Notes under the pieces: generated by a model
Databases searched by the model: none
Seen by the model: the letters and a program-made list of their open reading frames with translations, nothing else
What the model was told of the DNA's origin: nothing
Origin: a virus
Length of the DNA stretch: 37,720 nucleotides
Virus record (IMG/VR): IMGVR_UViG_3300028601_000010
Span: 1-37,720 of that record
Direction: 5' to 3' (one strand)
Translations under genes and position numbers: made by a program
Shown here: positions 31,301-37,720 of the stretch, piece by piece
Layout: each line of letters starts with the position of its first letter
Position numbering within the stretch: the first letter of the stretch is position 1

Positions 31301-33585
31301 CGACACTTAAAACAATGTACGATGGCGTAGCCGGTTCGCCAGAAACTATTATAACCGCCCAGTATATAGCGGGGGTATCTCCAACCATCCTTGTTGAAGA
31401 TGCATCCGTTTTGCCGGACGCCCCTAACCGGGTCGTATTGCAGAGATCTTCCGATTCAGCGTTTGTAACCGTCTTTTACGGCACTCGTGTGGCTAATGTA
31501 TTGGGCGCCCTGACCCCAGAAGCAGGTTTGACCGGAACTTACCCGGTAGGCTCAACCGCGGCGCGTAGATTTTGCGAAAGCGACCACAAAGAACTTAGGG
31601 ACAATATCACTACATTAAACAGTGGTAAATTAGATATCTTACAAGGTCTTGATTTAGTATTTACTACGGACGCAGTATCAGGTGAAATTATTACAGATGA
31701 TAGAAAAACAGCGTTTAACTCTGATTTTGCTACTGCAACACCCCTAATTGCTGGAACTGCCGCGGTTGGTTCATCATCTAAAGTAGCTAAAGAGGACCAC
31801 GTACACCCGACAGATACGAGTAGAGCTCCAACCTCACACGCATCATCCGCGACTACATACGGCGTACCATCTGCCACAAATTACGGTCATGCAATGGCGA
31901 GTTCCACCCCCCCTATTGTCGCAGGTATAGCGGCAGTGGGTTCGGAAGATTCAAAGTTCGCCCGCGGAAACCATGTTCATCCGGCTCAAACTGCAATTAC
32001 AGGTAATGCGGGAACTGCAACCAAACTCGCGACCGCTCGCGCCATAGACGGAGTAAGCTTCGATGGGTCCGCCGCTATTAGTCGGTATGGAGTTTGTGCA
32101 ACCATCGCAAAAACGGCGGCAAAAGCTGTATCCATTACAGGTTATACACTGGTTTCCGGTGCAGTATCGGTGGTTAAGTTTACCTACGGCAACGTCGCAA
32201 ACTCGCCAACGCTGAACATCACTTCTACCGGCGCAAGACCCATCACCCGAAAGGGTGTTGTGATATCCCCGGAAAAAATCGAGGTTGGCGGAACATACGT
32301 GTTTGTCTTCGACGGAACCAACTACGAAATTATCGGTAGTTACATAGATAAATCGCCAATCACCGTTCACGGGATGATTATTGACGAGACCAACAGCGAC
32401 CCGAAAGCATGTATATCATACATCGGGGCTTCTGCAGGATTGGATTTAGCCGCAAGAAAAGCTGTGTTTGAATCAACACACCCGTTCGTTGTTGTCAAAG
32501 CGGCGGAAGAATTGTTTACCGTGAACCCTAACGACTGGTCGAAAAAGCTTGATGGCACTGACAGCGGAGTTACTACTGATGGACTCTCGTTAGACGGAAA
32601 CTTTGTAATCAGGTATCCTACGTTCTGGTTCCGCATCCAGACCCTCGGGACTGATATACACTCCATCGAATGGACACATGATAATCCCGGAAGTGGAAAC
32701 GGGTGGGTATGCTGTCATTGGAGAAACGGCACTATCAGAGATAATATCTGGGTCGGTGTAACCAAAGGGATCGTCAGTGATAACAAACTCCGCGCTATAT
32801 ACAGTGAGACAGAACTCCCGGCAGTATCACTCACGTCAGAGCAGTTTTACACAGCGGCTCAGGCAACCGGGACGGCAGAGGGCGTCACCGGAGAAAATCC
32901 ATACACCATCACTCAGCCATTGGTCTATATCATGCGGTGCATCTACAAGTATTGGACATACGGCACACTCAATCTGCAAACAGATGTAGCCCGCGGACTT
33001 GTGGATGACAGTGGTTCTGTAATTGGCAGACGCCCGGTATGTGTCAGCGTATCTCCCACCGGCGGATATACACAGGGAATTGCGGCAAGCTCGCAGGCAT
33101 ACATAGAGAACGTATCCGCGGTTGTCTGCGGGGAGATTGATCCATATGGGAACCTCTTGGAGCATATGATCGATATCGCGTGTAGGTTCGGCGAGATTGC
33201 ATTTGCGATAGATTCCGCTGACCACTTCAACGTCGGGACCCTGACATTAACCCCTGACAATTGGGATAGTGCGATACCTGCAACGTGGAGCAAGGTCACG
33301 GGAGTAGGTACAACAAGTGGGTATGTCCGCAAGATGCTTTGGAATGCATCGTTCCCACTCATTTCGGCATTCACAAGCGGCGCGTCCTCACTGACATACT
33401 GGTCAGACTTCACGAATTTCAACGCAGAAGATACGGCAGAAAACAAAGTGCCGCGTTGTTGTGTTTCGGGCGGGAGTTGGGGTGGTGCCTCGAATGGGGG
33501 GCCAGCGTGTTTGGATCTGCGTTATGCGGTCAACACTTCCGCCATTCTTTTCGGCGCTCGCCTGCAGATTTTCAGCAAGGAGTAA
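31285..33585 (+). CDS. Tail fibre / receptor-binding protein
   Basis: Duplicated motif AG(T/I)AAVGS..K(V/F)A(K/R)..HVHP, plus a fibre repeat TATKLATARAIDGVSFDGSA. An alternative start is 31297, giving an ATGA overlap. Confidence 0.75.
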   Translation: MDIIMTTLKTMYDGVAGSPETIITAQYIAGVSPTILVEDASVLPDAPNRVVLQRSSDSAFVTVFYGTRVANVLGALTPEAGLTGTYPVGSTAARRFCESDHKELRDNITTLNSGKLDILQGLDLVFTTDAVSGEIITDDRKTAFNSDFATATPLIAGTAAVGSSSKVAKEDHVHPTDTSRAPTSHASSATTYGVPSATNYGHAMASSTPPIVAGIAAVGSEDSKFARGNHVHPAQTAITGNAGTATKLATARAIDGVSFDGSAAISRYGVCATIAKTAAKAVSITGYTLVSGAVSVVKFTYGNVANSPTLNITSTGARPITRKGVVISPEKIEVGGTYVFVFDGTNYEIIGSYIDKSPITVHGMIIDETNSDPKACISYIGASAGLDLAARKAVFESTHPFVVVKAAEELFTVNPNDWSKKLDGTDSGVTTDGLSLDGNFVIRYPTFWFRIQTLGTDIHSIEWTHDNPGSGNGWVCCHWRNGTIRDNIWVGVTKGIVSDNKLRAIYSETELPAVSLTSEQFYTAAQATGTAEGVTGENPYTITQPLVYIMRCIYKYWTYGTLNLQTDVARGLVDDSGSVIGRRPVCVSVSPTGGYTQGIAASSQAYIENVSAVVCGEIDPYGNLLEHMIDIACRFGEIAFAIDSADHFNVGTLTLTPDNWDSAIPATWSKVTGVGTTSGYVRKMLWNASFPLISAFTSGASSLTYWSDFTNFNAEDTAENKVPRCCVSGGSWGGASNGGPACLDLRYAVNTSAILFGARLQIFSKE

Positions 33586-33866
33586 TGAGTAATATGACAA
33601 AACCAAAAGATCACAGCGTGGGCGAACAGCCCACTAACCCCATTATCACAGACAAATGGGTGTATAGCATATCAAACATCCAGCGTGAATATCCCGCGGA
33701 GGACGACGGGCTTATCCACTGGTCGTATGATATCGACGAACAAATTCCGATCGTGGAATACACGAAAAAGAGGGAGTCTGAAATCGCAGAATCTATCTCA
33801 ATAGCCAAAGCGGAAGCGACAACTGACGCATTTGAAGCCACGTTAGAGATTCTCGGAGGTGTCTAA
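33585..33866 (+). CDS. Hypothetical tail-associated protein (93 aa)
   Basis: Internal Met of ORF 33285..33866. AAGGAG SD and a TAATG overlap with the fibre gene stop. Confidence 0.6.
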   Translation: MSNMTKPKDHSVGEQPTNPIITDKWVYSISNIQREYPAEDDGLIHWSYDIDEQIPIVEYTKKRESEIAESISIAKAEATTDAFEATLEILGGV

Positions 33867-34003
33867 TGGCAGAATTAAGCCCCGCATTAGAGCGCATGGC
33901 TGGATTATACGTTGAACAGATACGGAAAGGAGTTAAGTCAATTGACGAAGTTCCATCCATGTTACGGGCACGTGTTGAAGAGTTGCTCATAAATGACCCT
34001 TGA
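33866..34003 (+). CDS. Small helical protein (45 aa), absent from the ORF track
   Basis: Hand translation gives MAELSPALERMAGLYVEQIRKGVKSIDEVPSMLRARVEELLINDP. TAATG overlap. It resembles the small proteins common in tail-fibre regions of siphoviruses. Confidence 0.5.
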   Translation: MAELSPALERMAGLYVEQIRKGVKSIDEVPSMLRARVEELLINDP

Positions 34004-34775
34004 TTACGATACGGATAGATATGATGCTGGTGGATCTTCCACCACACCAACCCGTAAACTACCCCCATCACACCTTCTTGATTATGATACGGGTAGTTAT
34101 GATGCTGGCGGATTTTCTACCACACCTCCCCGCGTATTACCTGCATCATACCTAATCACCGCGCCGGAAATACGGATTTGTGACGAGGATTATATCCCGC
34201 GTATTGTCCTTGATGGATACAAAAACCTGACTTATACGGAGCGACACCGGAACCGCGATTCATGGAGTTTTGAAGTATCCCGGCATTCAGTCTATGCGCA
34301 ATACCTTATCAAAGGGCGGATTATACATTACGTTACAGGGTCGTCTGTGTATGCGCTGATAATCAAACAGATAGACGCGACTAGGGACACTATCACGGTG
34401 TCGGGTAATGAATACGCAGACGATTTATTATCCGCGAGAATTGCACTTGTAAACGTCCAAGACGGGGTCGGTGCGGACGAGATACAGGACTCCGCAGAAA
34501 CTGCGTTCCGCCATTACGTCAATGGAAATATCATCGAAGCCACAGACACATACAGACGCGACCCGTTTCTGACTCTGGAACCTGTTGATTACGGACGAGG
34601 CGAAACTGTGACGATATCGGCAAGGTTTGAAAATCTTTTAGATCTTTGTGAAACGATCGGGTCGCTGGGTAGTATCGGATGGCGGTCTGTGGTTGTAGAC
34701 GATGACACGAAACCATGGGGATGGAAAATAGTTATGTCGGTTGTTGAAGGGAACGATTTGGGAGAAGTCGTATGA
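33993..34775 (+). CDS. Baseplate/tail-tip protein with a tandem 26-aa N-terminal duplication
   Basis: 78-nt tandem units at 33999..34076 and 34077..34154, encoding LDYDT(D/G).YDAGG.STTP.R.LP.S(H/Y)L. Confidence 0.65.
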   Translation: MTLDYDTDRYDAGGSSTTPTRKLPPSHLLDYDTGSYDAGGFSTTPPRVLPASYLITAPEIRICDEDYIPRIVLDGYKNLTYTERHRNRDSWSFEVSRHSVYAQYLIKGRIIHYVTGSSVYALIIKQIDATRDTITVSGNEYADDLLSARIALVNVQDGVGADEIQDSAETAFRHYVNGNIIEATDTYRRDPFLTLEPVDYGRGETVTISARFENLLDLCETIGSLGSIGWRSVVVDDDTKPWGWKIVMSVVEGNDLGEVV

Positions 34776-35263
34776 GCTGGGTTATTTTGTCTGAGGAGAT
34801 GGGCACTGCGGTATTATCCCGGTTTGTTGACACTATCCCTGAATGCACGGTCGCGGTCGTCGGGGGGCAGGGTGAAGCGGCGGTGCGAACCATACAGTAT
34901 GTAGGCGATACAACATTGACCGGTATCGAACGGAGGGAAGTATTTGTTGACGCGAAATATGCCACGACGGCCGACTTACTGACGACAGCGGGAGAAAAAG
35001 AGATCGCCGCGAATGTAGGGACCGTTATCGAGATGCAGTTTGCGGACTCGTTAGGATGTGTTTACGGCGAAGATTTTATTCTCGGCGATATTGTTACAGT
35101 CGACGCGGGTATTTACGGGAAATATGATATTGAGGTTGTTTCGGCCGAAATCAATTATACCGCAGACAAGAGAGATATTATTATAGTCCTTGGGAGCGAA
35201 GGAACTAATATAGTCCGGATGATAAAGGACGTATCGAAGAACAATCCAATATTGAGAGTGTAA
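34772..35263 (+). CDS. Tail-tip protein, unknown role
   Basis: ATGA overlap with the upstream gene. Confidence 0.6.
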   Translation: MSWVILSEEMGTAVLSRFVDTIPECTVAVVGGQGEAAVRTIQYVGDTTLTGIERREVFVDAKYATTADLLTTAGEKEIAANVGTVIEMQFADSLGCVYGEDFILGDIVTVDAGIYGKYDIEVVSAEINYTADKRDIIIVLGSEGTNIVRMIKDVSKNNPILRV

Positions 35264-35266
35264 AAA

Positions 35267-36469
35267 ATGACAGTTAAATCAGGATTTTTTAGTGACGGTT
35301 CGAGTTATAATCAGGCAGATTTTAACGCGTTCCTCCTTGACTCTATCGGGTCTGGGTATGTATTAGGATATGGATTTGAGTTAAGGGTAATACAAAACTC
35401 ACCCGCTAATATGGGTGTTTACGTCCGGACTGGGCGGTGTTACGTGCAGGGGTATTACGGATGGGTCACCACCAACGAGGCTCTGACCGTACCGACAGCT
35501 GACGCCACAAACCCGCGTATTGATCGGGTTGTTGCACGGTTGAGTGTATCCGTCAACCAGTCTGTTACATTTGCCGTATTGACGGGCACACCGGCGCCAT
35601 CACCAAGCGCACCCGCACTTACACGGACGTCCGAAACATACGAAATATCTTTGGCACGGATAGCCGTTGGCGCGGGAGTAACGTCTATTGTCGCGGCTAA
35701 TATCACCGATGAGCGCGGAGATGCTACTGTATGCGGTGTTGCAGGTGTCAAACATTCATGGTCATATCTCAACAATGTGGCAATAGACGTTTCCCAGATG
35801 ACGGTTGACGCGGGTGTTAGTGACCGAGATCCGGTATATTTCAACGGGACAAAATGGGTTGTATCTACATCCGGTGCGGTTGGATTTTACGATGCGGCAA
35901 ACGATGCTGTTATTACCGCTGGATATCTCGGCGGGTTTACCGGGCTGACTCCGGGCGCAATAGTCGGCAATAGAGGGGTGGCGATTACTGCGACCGAGAT
36001 CATAGTTTTAGAGTCACCGGTGGATACAAATGGAGTTAAACAAGTTGGGGATATTACTGGTAATTTGACGGGGGATATATCTGGTTACCTATTACGCAAA
36101 GGTGCATACACCGCGGATACTGGTGCAACACACGTTATCACAGCCGGCACAAGTTATACAGGATATACGTGGGATGGTAAGTTGTTCGGCGGGTTGTGCA
36201 AAATCGTGACCACTACTAACACGGGGACCATAACCATAGGGGCATACTGGCAGTCGGGGCAAGGTGCGACCACAGCCACGATAACTTTTTATGATGTTGA
36301 CGATGCGATAACAGGTACAGACTCGGTTACAAACTTTAATCAAAGTGGATGGAAGACCAAGATAGTTACTATACCTGCAACTACAGTTAAGATAACTATT
36401 GCCCGCACGAGCGCGGAATATAATCAGATAAACTGGACTGATGTATATATGACCGTGACTGCGATATAA
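35267..36469 (+). CDS. Receptor-binding/tail-spike-like protein
   Basis: The N-terminal domain pattern F.S..YNQADFNAF....GYV....L.V......M.V.V..G...V.G......NPRIDRVVARL....TG.PA..P.AP.LT is common in prophage distal tail proteins. It is the last plus-strand gene. Confidence 0.6.
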   Translation: MTVKSGFFSDGSSYNQADFNAFLLDSIGSGYVLGYGFELRVIQNSPANMGVYVRTGRCYVQGYYGWVTTNEALTVPTADATNPRIDRVVARLSVSVNQSVTFAVLTGTPAPSPSAPALTRTSETYEISLARIAVGAGVTSIVAANITDERGDATVCGVAGVKHSWSYLNNVAIDVSQMTVDAGVSDRDPVYFNGTKWVVSTSGAVGFYDAANDAVITAGYLGGFTGLTPGAIVGNRGVAITATEIIVLESPVDTNGVKQVGDITGNLTGDISGYLLRKGAYTADTGATHVITAGTSYTGYTWDGKLFGGLCKIVTTTNTGTITIGAYWQSGQGATTATITFYDVDDAITGTDSVTNFNQSGWKTKIVTIPATTVKITIARTSAEYNQINWTDVYMTVTAI

Positions 36470-36481
36470 AAAAAATGAGAT

Positions 36482-36934
36482 TTAATCCTCTATTTTTTCC
36501 ACCGAGTATGTAACCGTTTCTTTTACGTCTATGTCAACGTATGGGAGGGAGTTGGACTTACCGCCGGTCATTACATCCAGTTCTGTTAATCCAACCTCGT
36601 AATGAGTAAGGGCGTCCTGTTTATACCGGTCTTTGTCGATGTCTGGGATATCAACCGATTTGTAAACAAACTTCCCACCGGTAAAGATTAGGTCAGGGTT
36701 CAGGTCAATGATACGGTCAATGACAACTTTCCGCATTTCCCGCGTCTTGCGGTTGACTTGTAACCGGTATTCCCCGATTGCCTTCGCTCCGTTTGCCGAC
36801 TTGATACACGCCTCTTTTTTAAGTTCCAGTGCCCCGATCTGTGCTGTAATGGTCTTAAGCTGTTCGTTGAGCTGGGTGAGCTGTGAGTCTATTTTGTAGA
36901 CTCGTTCATAGGGGTTTTCCTCAAGTTCTATCAT
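36482..36934 (-). CDS. Hypothetical protein with an N-terminal coiled-coil (150 aa)
   Basis: The ATG at 36934 has a GGGTGGG SD and a TAATG overlap with the upstream stop. The ORF-track start at 36943 is GTG. Confidence 0.6.
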   Translation of the reverse strand: MIELEENPYERVYKIDSQLTQLNEQLKTITAQIGALELKKEACIKSANGAKAIGEYRLQVNRKTREMRKVVIDRIIDLNPDLIFTGGKFVYKSVDIPDIDKDRYKQDALTHYEVGLTELDVMTGGKSNSLPYVDIDVKETVTYSVEKIED

Positions 36935-37185
36935 TATACCCACCCGATTTGTATATTACTCTTCATCAGAGCTTTGTATGGTACGAGGATATCATAGACC
37001 ACGCCGGCAGTATTTTTATCACCGCACAAAATTTGGAATGGCATATCGAAACAATGCCATTTTCCCGGGATAATATCATTTGATTTACTCTGCCTCATAC
37101 CTTCAAGTTTTTCTCTATCTGTGTCAGACAGAGTTATATTGAGTCTCTGCTCAATATCTGTTGTTTTAAGATCTCCTAACTTCAT
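36934..37185 (-). CDS. Hypothetical protein (83 aa)
   Basis: ATGA overlap with the upstream micro-ORF. Confidence 0.6.
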   Translation of the reverse strand: MKLGDLKTTDIEQRLNITLSDTDREKLEGMRQSKSNDIIPGKWHCFDMPFQILCGDKNTAGVVYDILVPYKALMKSNIQIGWV

Positions 37186-37292
37186 TCGTCTATTTCCTCC
37201 GCGATAATAATCTCCGGTTGTGCTCTTACTCGCGTCTCGTTTCGGGTTGCCTGTTCGGTGTCCGCGTCTATAATGGGTTTCTGTGTTTTCAT
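37182..37292 (-). CDS. Micro-ORF (36 aa, acidic), absent from the ORF track
   Basis: Hand translation gives MKTQKPIIDADTEQATRNETRVRAQPEIIIAEEIDE. The GGAGAAAACA-ATG SD is present and the stop overlaps the next ATG. Confidence 0.45.
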   Translation of the reverse strand: MKTQKPIIDADTEQATRNETRVRAQPEIIIAEEIDE

Positions 37293-37352
37293 TGTTTTCT
37301 CCGTGCTCCTGTCACGCATGACCGGGAGCATTCCGGGAAAAGTTAAGGTGGG

Positions 37353-37688
37353 TTACTCATCTTCAAACACAATCATTCCGCCGCGGTTAGCTGACGTAGA
37401 CGCGGTGCTTATGACTGATTCAAAGGTGTCATCATCCACTAAAATCCCATCGCACACATCATTTACAACTTCTGTGATATCCTTAAACTCAACCTCTTCA
37501 AACACTGGGACTAATCCAAGTTGCTTAGCGGCTCTGATTCTGTGGCAACCTTCAAGGGCTAAAAAAGCCCCAAAACATTCACAGTAAAACCCTCTTATTA
37601 CGGGAGTTCCCATCGTCTGCATTTCAGATACAACTTCTTTCAGGTGTTCTTCATCGTAGTACCCATGTAATAGTATTACTGTTGTCAT
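37353..37688 (-). CDS. Small ParB/Srx-like domain protein (111 aa), first gene after IR-L
   Basis: The motif ALEGCHRIRAAKQLGL. Its 5' end is duplicated at 1..95 by the circular overlap. Confidence 0.65.
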   Translation of the reverse strand: MTTVILLHGYYDEEHLKEVVSEMQTMGTPVIRGFYCECFGAFLALEGCHRIRAAKQLGLVPVFEEVEFKDITEVVNDVCDGILVDDDTFESVISTASTSANRGGMIVFEDE

Positions 37689-37720
37689 TTTGTCTTTCCT
37701 CTACTTACTATATTAGCTTC
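37594..37720. repeat. Terminal direct repeat copy 2, identical to 1..127
   Basis: Exact 127-nt identity with the window start. Confidence 0.95.

Noticed and set aside
1-37720. tRNA, rRNA or tmRNA genes, integrase or attP
   Set aside because: Scanning intergenic regions by eye, I found no cloverleaf-like sequence with a GTTCRANNC T-arm, and no tyrosine- or serine-recombinase-like ORF. This is a negative result from visual inspection only. tRNAscan-SE or Aragorn and profile searches should confirm it.

Overview
The first 127 nt are identical to the last 127 nt, so the window is one complete, circularly closed genome of 37,593 unique bp. It is a head-tail, siphovirus-like virus: small and large terminase, portal, MuF-like protein, scaffold, decoration protein, major capsid, major tail protein, G/G-T chaperones, tape measure, Dit and fibres. 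Transcription diverges from a ~167-bp palindrome at about 11.75 kb and converges at about 36.47 kb.

The minus arm carries a recombination and replication module: Sak4-like ATPase, DUF669 SSB, Cas4-like nuclease, HNH, SF2 helicase, orphan SPPY methyltransferase, an RHH regulator and a DUF3987-like P-loop helicase. It also carries small zinc-ribbon proteins. The plus arm carries ArdC, a YhhQ / ParB-like / DpdA cassette, and then the packaging and structural genes.

Nine copies of a palindromic BRE/TATA-like element (AAGTATATATACTT) sit upstream of operons. In the two leaderless cases the spacer to the ATG is exactly 19 nt. Together with T-run terminators, this points to an archaeal host, which is an inference. 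I saw no integrase, recognisable lysin, tRNA or CRISPR array.

The items most worth follow-up are:
- A transporter-coupled 7-deazaguanine DNA-modification cassette with no precursor-synthesis genes.
- A TerL intein whose HNH homing endonuclease is a separate ORF in a different reading frame, while the terminase frame stays open.
- Two ~410-bp inverted intergenic modules with a pure A/T tract, a C-run island and a recombinase-like 9-9-9 site that keeps direct polarity.
- Two inverted iteron arrays upstream of two operons.
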